Shown here piece after piece: positions 45,735-54,143 of a DNA stretch of 64,000 bases. This DNA comes from a bacterium (GTDB taxonomy: Bacteria > Bacillota_I > Bacilli_A > RFN20 > CAG-826). Made by a program: the position numbers and the translations under genes. The stretch's first letter is position 1. Every line of letters starts with the position of its first letter. The stretch spans positions 97,489 to 161,488 of the forward strand of contig CAVJPU010000002.1 of assembly GCA_963651445.1 (NCBI GenBank), given 5' to 3'. A model generated the notes under the pieces. That model ran no database searches. It saw nothing but the letters and a program-made list of their open reading frames with translations, and was not told the origin of the DNA.

Positions 45735-47072
45735 TCAAATAGACGCTAATTCTTTAAGATCGTTTAAATACTCAACTTCTGCCGTAGTACCCATCCAATA
45801 ATCTAATTGAGCCTTAGCCTCTTTAGCTCGCGTTTTTAAAGTTTCTACTTCATCATCGGTCATATGATAAATGTTCATTGACACAAGTTGATCTTCAAAT
45901 CCTACGAAAACTGAAGTTGATGACAATTCTTCTTTTAGTGCCGCCTTGGTCTTGCCTTTAATCACAATATTGTTTGCATTAACTTCTTTAATAAAAATAG
46001 CTTTTGCAATTGCCAATTTAAATGCAGCATCATATTTTTTGACCATAAAGCCAATTCGTTGATTAATAAACTCTAATCTAACTTTGACAAATTGTTCAAT
46101 TAACGGTGCGCAAGAATCAAATTCTCGTAGTTTGCCTGCTTCATCAATGACAACAATATTTTGAGACACTCGTTCGATTAATTTAAAATCGCGTTTAATC
46201 TTTTCGTCGGCTTCAAATGGATCAGCAGGAAGTTTATAGTCCTTCCGAAACTTGACTTTAAAGCCAAAACCAGTTTTAGAACAATCGTCATCATATGAAA
46301 TTAAACCAGCATCTTCCAACGGATCTAAAACCTTTTCAACATATTTCGCACGATCAAATTGTGGAGGAACATCACTGATATAAATCTGTGCTGGCGTTTT
46401 GACTTCATATACACCATGAAGTTCATATTTGCCTTTTTCTACTAAACGGATTTCACCAGAAAACTCAGGAAATTTAACTTCCGGTTCATTAATTTCTTCT
46501 TTTGCTAATGCAGCCATAGTGGATGCAATTACACTTTGCATACAATGCGGAAGAATTTTTGTAGAATAACCAGTAGCAATACCGCTAACGCCATTCAATA
46601 GAACAGTAGGAATAACAGGCAAATAAAACTTAGGCGGCAAATGTTCAACATCTTCATGTGCAGGTGCAATTTCGGCATCTTTATACACTTTTCGAAAATT
46701 ATCAGAAATTCGACAGAAAATATAACGCGATGCCGCTGCTTGCTGTACTAATCGAGTTCCAAAGTTACCTTGGCCATCTAAAAATGGAAAGTTATTATTC
46801 CATGTGTTAGCCATTAATGCGCCGGCTTCTTGGGCTGAGTTTTCGCCGTGATGATACCCGGCATCCGCTACACCACCGGCAACCGATGCTAATTTATGAA
46901 ATTTATCTTTATTGCCTTTTGACATTTCCAATGCTCGATAAATCATAAATCGATGCACCGGTTTAAATCCATCAATCATATTAGGAATTGCCCGGTTTTC
47001 GATTGTATACATGGCATAAGCCAATGCTTCATTGTCGATAATGTCGGTCAATTCACGGTTTACGTTATTCAT
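45735..47072 (-). CDS. 52: DNA topoisomerase II medium subunit gp52 (GyrA-like cleavage-religation subunit)
   Basis: AIPNMIDGFKPVHRFMIY, active-site region AASRYIFCR, 445 aa (T4 442). Confidence 0.92.
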   Translation of the reverse strand: MNNVNRELTDIIDNEALAYAMYTIENRAIPNMIDGFKPVHRFMIYRALEMSKGNKDKFHKLASVAGGVADAGYHHGENSAQEAGALMANTWNNNFPFLDGQGNFGTRLVQQAAASRYIFCRISDNFRKVYKDAEIAPAHEDVEHLPPKFYLPVIPTVLLNGVSGIATGYSTKILPHCMQSVIASTMAALAKEEINEPEVKFPEFSGEIRLVEKGKYELHGVYEVKTPAQIYISDVPPQFDRAKYVEKVLDPLEDAGLISYDDDCSKTGFGFKVKFRKDYKLPADPFEADEKIKRDFKLIERVSQNIVVIDEAGKLREFDSCAPLIEQFVKVRLEFINQRIGFMVKKYDAAFKLAIAKAIFIKEVNANNIVIKGKTKAALKEELSSTSVFVGFEDQLVSMNIYHMTDDEVETLKTRAKEAKAQLDYWMGTTAEVEYLNDLKELASI

Positions 47073-47133
47073 TTAAACTCCTAATAAGTCATTTGATTTT
47101 AAAATTACAATCTATCATTTAATGCAATACGCA

Positions 47134-47595
47134 TTAATATTTTTGAGCTAAAAACTTAAAGTTGTCATTTAGCATACGGTTCATTTCTTCTAGGTTTTGG
47201 AATTCTGCAGCATGTTGGCGAGTAAATTTCAATGCAAACTTACCTTTGCCAAAGCCATTTGTTAATGCCTTCATTTTATCTAAACTTACAAAATAAATAT
47301 CAAAGGCTTCTAATGTTTCGACAAGGATTTCGCCAGTAGTCGAACGCTTAAGTTGGATTTGCGAAACAATATTTTTAAGACCAGATTTAGAACGTTGGCG
47401 CCCAACGTAATATCTGGCATAGGTTGTTGCACGCTTAGCATGGACAAAGAAATAAAATCCAATTGCCGCTAAGTCTGATACCGGCGGCTCAGTAGTATGT
47501 GGTTCAAATAACTTTCCTGTTGCTGTCATTCGAGCGATATGTTGCGCCTTGCACAATTTCAAATCAGAAAGATTCAATGTTGATTTTTTATTCAT
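47134..47595 (-). CDS. ndd: Probable nucleoid disruption protein Ndd
   Basis: 153 aa from ATG 47595 (GGAG upstream); T4 Ndd is 151 aa and sits in the same position. The C-terminal GFGKGKFALKFTRQHAAEFQNLEEMNRMLNDNFKF agrees with my recollection of T4 Ndd, which is unverified. Confidence 0.5.
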   Translation of the reverse strand: MNKKSTLNLSDLKLCKAQHIARMTATGKLFEPHTTEPPVSDLAAIGFYFFVHAKRATTYARYYVGRQRSKSGLKNIVSQIQLKRSTTGEILVETLEAFDIYFVSLDKMKALTNGFGKGKFALKFTRQHAAEFQNLEEMNRMLNDNFKFLAQKY

Positions 47596-47621
47596 TTCAT
47601 TACTCCGTTTAAGATATACCA

Positions 47622-47650
47622 ATTATACCATAAAAATATTGACATGTAAA
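47622..47650 (-). promoter_or_regulatory. Early promoter TTTACA-N17-TATAAT
   Basis: -35 at 47645-47650 and -10 at 47622-47627, upstream of the ndd-like gene. This is why the track start 47622 is rejected. Confidence 0.65.
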
Positions 47651-48244
47651 CTAATTATAGCAAAAAATATTAAAATTTTCTTTTACATATGGTTTAAGAT
47701 ATGTATTAAGATAATGCCCAGAAAAATTAGATTTGGTTATAATTTGCTGTATACCTAGTTGATCAGCTATAACACGTGCTGTAAATAGCCATTTATGACG
47801 CTCAATTTCTGTTGTATCAAATATGATAATCAGATCCGCTATGTTCGATTCTAAAAATGGCACTAAATTAATACCGGATTCTGAAGTCGTCATAGTTTTA
47901 ACAGTAATGTATTTAGAATCTGACTGATGCGTTTTGACCTCTATTCGTTGTCCATAATACTCTGGGCCAGAAACTACATCAAATGCATATGTCCACGGAT
48001 CATCCGGAGTTTCTTCGCCATGCATAACGGCCCCGTTCATATGTTCCGCAACATATTGCTCTGCTAAAATTGCAATAATACATCTGGATAAAACTAGTTT
48101 GACATCGGTCTCATCGTTGTGTTCCATTGCATACATTGTTGTTTCTTGGACTTTGGCTTTCGTCTTAACAGTCAAATCAGAAACTGATAAAATTTTTGGT
48201 GGAATGCTAGCAAGGTGTTGTATAGCTTTATTTTTAATCATCAC
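47651..48244 (-). CDS. Hypothetical protein with PD-(D/E)xK-like motif, in the T4 denB position
   Basis: 197 aa. AFDVVSGPEYYGQRIEVKTHQ gives a D...E-x-K arrangement. T4 denB (endonuclease IV, 185 aa) lies between rIIB and ndd. Confidence 0.4.
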   Translation of the reverse strand: MMIKNKAIQHLASIPPKILSVSDLTVKTKAKVQETTMYAMEHNDETDVKLVLSRCIIAILAEQYVAEHMNGAVMHGEETPDDPWTYAFDVVSGPEYYGQRIEVKTHQSDSKYITVKTMTTSESGINLVPFLESNIADLIIIFDTTEIERHKWLFTARVIADQLGIQQIITKSNFSGHYLNTYLKPYVKENFNIFCYN

Positions 48245-48285
48245 ATAATCTCAAATGGACCAAAAGGCCCATTTTTAGTTATAAT

Positions 48286-49512
48286 TTAGTAATCATATAC
48301 TTCATCGAGTACCGTGTATTCACATGTACGCATTTTAGCATTACCGTAATCCAGCGGAATAGAAACTACATTTTTAGGATCTACAAGTACTCTAACTATT
48401 CGAACATCAGACGATCCACCAAAGTATGCCAAATATGATTTAGAACAAACATGGAGTCCGTGTGAACACGTCTGCTCATCATCTTCATCAACCATATTTC
48501 GTGCCATAGACACCGTAGTACCAGGGCTATTGTCAAATGTATTGGTTCTTATATCTCGATAATTTGATCGAATCTTTTTCCATGCAATAAAATTACCTTC
48601 ATCTGTGATTTCGATATCATTAGCTTCTAAGAAATCAAACAAACGGTTAATAGCTTTATTTGATGGATTTTCCATTAATTTTTCTAAGAAATTAGCGTAA
48701 CGGTCATAGCTGACACCGGAATACATTGAATCGACAATACGTGAAGTCAGCCCGTTCTTTAAATGGAGGCCTTTATAGTATAATTCATAATCTTTGACTT
48801 CAATATTTCCGTGAGTGTATTGGATAATACCTTGTTCTGGATTAATTAAGCCAATTGCAGTATCGAAATCCGATTCGATAAGAGCATTAAGGGCTTGTTT
48901 AAAATTAGAATGGCTTGAATCCGCATTGTATGTTTTACGACCTACGGTAATTGAAATAAAACGGTTCGAAGCATTCCAAATTGGTACTGGTGCTTCTTTT
49001 TTCTCGGCAATACCATTTAAAGCAGGTGGTACATCCGCAGGCTTAAGCTCAATGGTATACACAAATCCAGAGCCAGGTTCGCCAGAATATTCCGCACCGT
49101 ATCGTGTTTCGCGTTTGATCACCTTTCCTACAATTAGTGTTTTTAATGCCCCGATGTCACCGTCGCAAAAAGCCCAAGCTTCCGTTTCCGCTGCTTCTTT
49201 AGCACCCAATGGGCTATTGCCTGTATATTTGTAGGCGCTCTCACAATAAATAATACCATCTTTTGGATCACCGGTTTCAATAATGTCAAATGTGATTAAA
49301 TCGTTCTCAATTTCCAATTTTACACTAGGATTTCGTAAAGCCATTTTGCCGTCATCTAACATAGTAAACATATCTAGACGGCCTTGGTTCTTTTTGATAT
49401 GATATCTAACCGTATCAGAAGAACAGCCAAATGTTCTAGCAATGCTGGCATATGACACCCCGCTTAAGTGTAAAATAATTGCCTTATTTATTTCGTTGTG
49501 ACTTAATTTCAT
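48286..49512 (-). CDS. rIIB: rIIB membrane-associated protector from prophage-induced early lysis
   Basis: N-terminal HTH (SYASIARTFGCSSDTVRYHIKK) and colinear C-terminal two-thirds (IWNASNRFISITV...YNADSSHSNFKQALN..., NPSNKAINRLFDFLEANDIEITDEGNFIAWKK, TCSHGLHVCSKSY, AKMRTCEY). 408 aa vs 312 in T4. Confidence 0.9.
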   Translation of the reverse strand: MKLSHNEINKAIILHLSGVSYASIARTFGCSSDTVRYHIKKNQGRLDMFTMLDDGKMALRNPSVKLEIENDLITFDIIETGDPKDGIIYCESAYKYTGNSPLGAKEAAETEAWAFCDGDIGALKTLIVGKVIKRETRYGAEYSGEPGSGFVYTIELKPADVPPALNGIAEKKEAPVPIWNASNRFISITVGRKTYNADSSHSNFKQALNALIESDFDTAIGLINPEQGIIQYTHGNIEVKDYELYYKGLHLKNGLTSRIVDSMYSGVSYDRYANFLEKLMENPSNKAINRLFDFLEANDIEITDEGNFIAWKKIRSNYRDIRTNTFDNSPGTTVSMARNMVDEDDEQTCSHGLHVCSKSYLAYFGGSSDVRIVRVLVDPKNVVSIPLDYGNAKMRTCEYTVLDEVYDY

Positions 49513-49536
49513 ATTAATCTCCTTAAGATTTAACTT

Positions 49537-49565
49537 ATTATACCACTATTCGTATTTGATGTAAA
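49537..49565 (-). promoter_or_regulatory. Early promoter TTTACA-N17-TATAAT before rIIB
   Basis: -35 at 49560-49565 and -10 at 49537-49542. Confidence 0.65.
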
Positions 49566-49571
49566 CTACCA

Positions 49572-51725
49572 TTAAGGTAGTTTAATGCCATTTTTAATAT
49601 CAGAAAGCATAGGTTCTTCCAATGTACGGATACGGTATAAAACGAAATTTGCCATAGGATTTGTTGTTTCAAATTCTCGCAATCGTTCACCATGAAGATT
49701 CGTAGCTTCTAGGCGTTTACCGTCATATTTTTGTATAGTTTTTACTAATGTATGGTCACCTGGTAGCCCGGATACAATAGCTATCGTATCTATCAACGAA
49801 CTCAACATTCGTTCTTTTGGCGTCCATCCAAGATTTAGATATTCTTTTAATTTAGTAAATTCTTCATGAGCTAAAATATTTTTAACAAATACTTCGTCGT
49901 ATTCGACTTTAAACGTGTCAATAGAATTTACTAAATCTTCAATTATTTGAGAAAACTTTTCAAAAGCACATTTAACATTTTTGTTTTTAACAATTCGGTT
50001 AAATGTTGTCTTTTTGACTTGGTGGATTGGCTCTTTAGTGTACTTTGACAACACAGAAGAGATAGTAGAAAATTGAATATTAAAAACATTAGAAAAACCT
50101 AATGATGGGACCATATTAATGCCCGAGTTTACACCCATTACATAACCGGTCAATTCGGCTATCTCATCGGTAGAGCAACGTCGGCTTTGAGAAATATACA
50201 TATTTCTATTAGCATCCCAGGTATGCGTAATTACATTAGGAGTCGACGGTCTTGCACTATTACGTGCAACCTTCACTTTAATATAACCTGGTACAAGTTT
50301 TCGAATATCTTCCATTTCTGATGTCTTATACACCACTACTTCATCGCCTGCCATTACAGCTTGAATTTCTGGCAAAGCATCATCGATAACCGTTTCTGAT
50401 ACAACTGTAACAAGTGTACGTTCTTGCCATAACCCACTATGTACTAGCCCTTTCATAGAATAATGAAGCTTAGATTGATTATCTAAATCATTGATAATCA
50501 CAATAGCCTTTTTAACATTATACCCAAATAAGCTAATTAATTCTACTTGTGATGCTTTCGTATAGGAATACCGAGATGCCGTTACAACCGTTTTTAATCT
50601 GTTGGCACTCTCACCAATTTGATATACGCGACAGCCAAATCCTCTATAATATGGCTCTATGTGCTGCAGATTTAAGGTTTTGTTAATTTGACTTAACGTT
50701 TTGCCGTTAAATTCTACATTAGACCGTTCGAGAATATGATATTGATTAGAATGCATCGAATGGATTTTTCGAAGAAGTTCACGAATATTAGTAATAGATT
50801 TTAGATGTTTGATATCATCCGTCATCATTTTGTTGTTAACACTATTAACTCGATCACAAATATTTTTAATAGTGAATTCATCCATTTGGAGTTCTTCACG
50901 GCTAGGCTGTGGCAAAAGAGTTCCTAACGGAAAATGGAACATTAATGCATTATGCTTACCTCTGAGCCATTCGGCCTTTAATCCCGGAGTTCCATCAAGT
51001 GGATATACAATATTTCCATAGATGGCAAAGATGCCGTTCTTATAATGTGAATTAGAAGATGCACTATACCAGTCCGTAGAATAATTTGGGTCATCTGCCA
51101 ATGAACCTACTGCTGTCGAAAGATTCTTTAATTCGTATTTAGATTTATCAAATGGCAACAGCATTGTAGAAATTTCTTGCTGCCATTTAGCGACATCTGT
51201 TTCTTTTACCGGTACAGTAACTTCAATACCACTGCGGTCGCCGTCTTCAAACGGCCCACTGTATATTTTGACCAATGACGGTTGGCCATTAGCTACCATA
51301 GCATTATAAATTGTACATTGGCCTTCATAGTATGACGCAACTGTAAATGTGTCTGTATAAGCAAATGGCGATTTAGCGCCTAAGCCAAAAGCTCCGGTCT
51401 GTTCATTACAGTCAGCTTTAGTAGACTCGAAATAACGAGTGTACACTTCTGTCATATCTTCGTGAGAAAGCCCGGGACCAAAATCTCTAACAATAAACTG
51501 TAAATTTAATACTGTCGGTGACGTGATGATAAACTTTTCAGAAGTTTTTCCAAAAATATGAGCATCATTAGCATTACAAATAACTTCTCGCACAATAGCA
51601 CGGATTTTGTGTTTATAGATACCGCTAGATAAAATTTGAAACGCTTTAGCTGATGCAGAAATCGTAAATGATTTTGATTCGCCGGTATTTCCAAGAATAA
51701 CTTCATTCTCAATATGCATTTTCAT
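49572..51725 (-). CDS. rIIA: rIIA protector from prophage-induced early lysis (GHKL ATPase-like N-terminus)
   Basis: 717 aa (T4 725). N-terminal IRAIVREVICNANDAH Bergerat-fold motif and GAFGLGAKSPF. Confidence 0.9.
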   Translation of the reverse strand: MKMHIENEVILGNTGESKSFTISASAKAFQILSSGIYKHKIRAIVREVICNANDAHIFGKTSEKFIITSPTVLNLQFIVRDFGPGLSHEDMTEVYTRYFESTKADCNEQTGAFGLGAKSPFAYTDTFTVASYYEGQCTIYNAMVANGQPSLVKIYSGPFEDGDRSGIEVTVPVKETDVAKWQQEISTMLLPFDKSKYELKNLSTAVGSLADDPNYSTDWYSASSNSHYKNGIFAIYGNIVYPLDGTPGLKAEWLRGKHNALMFHFPLGTLLPQPSREELQMDEFTIKNICDRVNSVNNKMMTDDIKHLKSITNIRELLRKIHSMHSNQYHILERSNVEFNGKTLSQINKTLNLQHIEPYYRGFGCRVYQIGESANRLKTVVTASRYSYTKASQVELISLFGYNVKKAIVIINDLDNQSKLHYSMKGLVHSGLWQERTLVTVVSETVIDDALPEIQAVMAGDEVVVYKTSEMEDIRKLVPGYIKVKVARNSARPSTPNVITHTWDANRNMYISQSRRCSTDEIAELTGYVMGVNSGINMVPSLGFSNVFNIQFSTISSVLSKYTKEPIHQVKKTTFNRIVKNKNVKCAFEKFSQIIEDLVNSIDTFKVEYDEVFVKNILAHEEFTKLKEYLNLGWTPKERMLSSLIDTIAIVSGLPGDHTLVKTIQKYDGKRLEATNLHGERLREFETTNPMANFVLYRIRTLEEPMLSDIKNGIKLP

Positions 51726-51787
51726 GATTGTACACCTTCTTTACTAATAATATCTATTGCTGTATAAACACCAGTTTCACAAATCAT
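51722..51787 (-). CDS. 21-codon upstream ORF (MICETGVYTAIDIISKEGVQS) coupled to rIIA
   Basis: Strong SD GAGGA 7 nt before its ATG. Its stop overlaps the rIIA ATG (tcATGa). Not in the ORF track. Confidence 0.35.
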   Translation of the reverse strand: MICETGVYTAIDIISKEGVQS

Positions 51788-51826
51788 TTTAATTTCCTCA
51801 AGTCATTGTTCATTTGGTATGTGATT

Positions 51827-51854
51827 ATTATACCACGCCTTTTGCGGATGTAAA
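51827..51854 (-). promoter_or_regulatory. Early promoter TTTACA-N16-(TGg)TATAAT before rIIA
   Basis: -35 at 51849-51854 and -10 at 51827-51832 with a TG extension. Confidence 0.65.
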
Positions 51855-51857
51855 TAA

Positions 51858-52220
51858 TTAATTTACACTATTTTGGGCTTTGATACGCTTCTTTAAAATC
51901 TTTCTGATAGCCTTTGCGTGTTCAATCCAAATTTTGCCTTTAATAAACTGCCCGTTATATGTACCAAATAACTCAATGACGGTCGATCCTAATCCATTGC
52001 CATGGTCTTCAGAGGCTTTAATTTTAAATAACTCGTAAAACGTGTTAGACCATAAAATACTGTTAGGCATTCTGTGTCGAGTATAACTAATGTATTGTCC
52101 TAGAACATCATATTTGTATAATTGCATATCAAATATATGGTCCAACATATCTTGGTCTTTGATAAAGTTAATAATAGTTTTTAACGATTTTCTAATTAGA
52201 ATCATATCCGATGTAGTCAT
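51858..52220 (-). CDS. Hypothetical protein, tandem paralogue 2
   Basis: Start at ATG 52220 (GGAGGA upstream, ATGA overlap with the previous stop). Shares (K/R)K(T/S)(I/L)K.II..IK..DML.H.F.M and ...G...KG..WI..AK..RK.LK with the 52217-52585 product. Confidence 0.55.
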   Translation of the reverse strand: MTTSDMILIRKSLKTIINFIKDQDMLDHIFDMQLYKYDVLGQYISYTRHRMPNSILWSNTFYELFKIKASEDHGNGLGSTVIELFGTYNGQFIKGKIWIEHAKAIRKILKKRIKAQNSVN

Positions 52221-52585
52221 TTCAATTCCTCCAAATACTCTTTTAACAGTTTTCTGACAATTTTTGCACGTTTGATCCAAAGCGATCCTTTTACTGTGCC
52301 ACCGTCAACAGTACTAAACAAGATTTCTACAACTCGTTTATATTTCTCATTACTTAAATCTTCTTCCAATAACATACTTCTAAACCCAAAGTATTCTTCT
52401 GTATACTCTTTACAATTGAATCCGTTTACCGAAGATGATTTAGTGTCACGTATATACTTCCCGAACACACAGGCGGTATAAGAAAACATATTGAACTCAT
52501 GATTTAGCATATCATATTCTTTAATATGTTTGATAATATCCTTTATCGTTTTTCTAGATAATTTTATACTTGACTTAGCTGACAT
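52217..52585 (-). CDS. Hypothetical protein, tandem paralogue 1
   Basis: 122-aa ORF; see paralogue 2. Confidence 0.55.
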   Translation of the reverse strand: MSAKSSIKLSRKTIKDIIKHIKEYDMLNHEFNMFSYTACVFGKYIRDTKSSSVNGFNCKEYTEEYFGFRSMLLEEDLSNEKYKRVVEILFSTVDGGTVKGSLWIKRAKIVRKLLKEYLEELK

Positions 52586-52662
52586 GTTAATTTACTCGTT
52601 GTATTCGATGATTCATTATACTATCGGACAATTTAAATGTACATCATTATTTTAAATAAAAA

Positions 52663-52791
52663 CTAAAAAAGGACCCGTAGGTCCTTTTTAAATTTGTCTT
52701 TTCGTTTGTATTGTGTTTTATCTTCAACAACTTGAAGTTTGAATGCCGGAGTTCTAACGGCTTTTGCAACAGGATTACGTTTACCTTTCAT
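52663..52791 (-). CDS. ArfA-like (alternative ribosome-rescue factor A) mini-protein, putative
   Basis: 42 codons, MKGKRNPVAKAVRTPAFKLQVVEDKTQYKRKDKFKKDLRVLF. Own promoter and SD. The terminator hairpin lies inside the last 7 codons. Resembles the ArfA core ...NA[IV]xAL[LV]xxPxF[RK]x[RQ]VExxKKGKGSYxRKxK. Not in the ORF track. Confidence 0.45.
   Translation of the reverse strand: MKGKRNPVAKAVRTPAFKLQVVEDKTQYKRKDKFKKDLRVLF
52666..52689. terminator. Bidirectional intrinsic terminator AAAAAGGACC-cgta-GGTCCTTTTT
   Basis: 10-bp stem with flanking A/T runs. On the minus strand the U-run coincides with the last codons and stop of the ArfA-like ORF. Confidence 0.75.
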
Positions 52792-52826
52792 ATAATTTCC
52801 TTAAACAGTAATTGAAGTGATGAAGC

Positions 52827-52855
52827 TATTATATAATAACTTCATCACCATGTAA
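52827..52855 (-). promoter_or_regulatory. Early promoter TTTACA-N17-TATAAT for the ArfA-like ORF
   Basis: -35 at 52850-52855 and -10 at 52827-52832. The -10 sits in the loop of a 9-bp inverted repeat GTGATGAAG/CTTCATCAC (52816-52847). Confidence 0.65.
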
Positions 52856-52860
52856 ATATT

Positions 52861-53877
52861 TTATGAAATAACTTCTAACCATTTAGTGCGAATTTCTGCT
52901 TGGACCAATTTCTGCAATTCTGCTTTAAACTTACTAGGTTGTTGGGCATTATTGAGTACAATACCTTCACGTTCGGCTTCAACAAAAATATCTCGCATAG
53001 TAAGCCCAAGAACTTTGCCGAAGTCCTTTGAAGTCACTTCACCAATATGAGAAATAACATTTGATACTCGGTTCCATGTAACAAATTCGTTGAATTGCTC
53101 TAAAAGAGCTAAATCTTCTGGAGGAAGAGGTGTAGGAATTTTTGGAAGCTTACCTTTACTCTTTTCTTTAAATGCATCGGTTTTGTATTTAATAGCTAAA
53201 CGGCTTCCACCATGTAAGAACATCGGTTGATTTGGTTTAATAACTAAACCTTCTGCCGGGTTGCCTGCAGACGGAAGTTGTTTATGTTCAAAGTACATAT
53301 TTTGCCAAGTCAAAGTAGGCACTACAGATTCGAATTCCACAGGAAGTTTTAATAACTGTGTCAAAGGGCCTCGAGCAATTAATGGAGCGATTTTTAATCC
53401 ATAACGAGAACAAAATGTTTGTACATCACTATCAGGCCACCAGCCATGAGAAATCCCAGCGGATTCGCAGTCAAAGTAAACATCAAATACGTATAATGAT
53501 TTAATGTCGCCATAATTAACTTCTTTTTGGATTCCTGGGCCGGCATATTCACCAAAGATCTGAAGTGATTTAAACTCTGGTAGATTTTCGTTTAAATCTT
53601 TTTGGACCTTTTTTAATACAAAATCAAGGTCAGCCATTAAATCTTCATAACCAAAGAATTTTTCTGCTGGTTTAATTTCACCAGATCGTTTTGCCGGAGT
53701 AATAGCGTCTTTTGTAATGATAATAGAAAAATTAGTACCGTGGATTTTTTCTCGTGCAACAAACTCTACGGCATCACTGATTTGCGGACCAACGTTAATG
53801 ATATGCTCAAAACATTTTTCAATAAATTTGGCGTTAGTGTGGTTTTCTAGGCTAGGGTATTTTTTGAAGTTAGACAT
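52861..53877 (-). CDS. rnlB: RNA ligase 2 (RnlB)
   Basis: FKKYPSLENHTNAKFIEK, VAREKIHGTNFSII (KxHGxN adenylation motif), FGEYAGPGIQK, RVSNVISHIGEV..KDFGKVLGLTMRDI are colinear with remembered T4 Rnl2. Confidence 0.93.
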   Translation of the reverse strand: MSNFKKYPSLENHTNAKFIEKCFEHIINVGPQISDAVEFVAREKIHGTNFSIIITKDAITPAKRSGEIKPAEKFFGYEDLMADLDFVLKKVQKDLNENLPEFKSLQIFGEYAGPGIQKEVNYGDIKSLYVFDVYFDCESAGISHGWWPDSDVQTFCSRYGLKIAPLIARGPLTQLLKLPVEFESVVPTLTWQNMYFEHKQLPSAGNPAEGLVIKPNQPMFLHGGSRLAIKYKTDAFKEKSKGKLPKIPTPLPPEDLALLEQFNEFVTWNRVSNVISHIGEVTSKDFGKVLGLTMRDIFVEAEREGIVLNNAQQPSKFKAELQKLVQAEIRTKWLEVIS

Positions 53878-53935
53878 GATGAATTTCCATTTTAGATAAA
53901 AAGGACTCGGTGCAGGTTATGCACCGGATATTAAT

Positions 53936-54133
53936 TTACTTAATACAAATAATATTTCTAATAATTAAAATATCACCGTACTTTTTAGGTTTAAAGCTTT
54001 CCGAAGTTTTAAGTTCATTGACTAGATTAATATATTGTGTTTCGTCGATAAGATCGATTTTAACATGTTGTTGACTAGTTGAAATATGACCAGAAGCTAA
54101 ATTTGTTGCTACAACTTCAATAATAATATTCAT
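53936..54133 (-). CDS. Hypothetical small protein
   Basis: 65 aa; AAGGAG 6 nt before the ATG, directly after the gene 60 stop. Confidence 0.55.
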   Translation of the reverse strand: MNIIIEVVATNLASGHISTSQQHVKIDLIDETQYINLVNELKTSESFKPKKYGDILIIRNIICIK

Positions 54134-54143
54134 ATTTGGCTCC

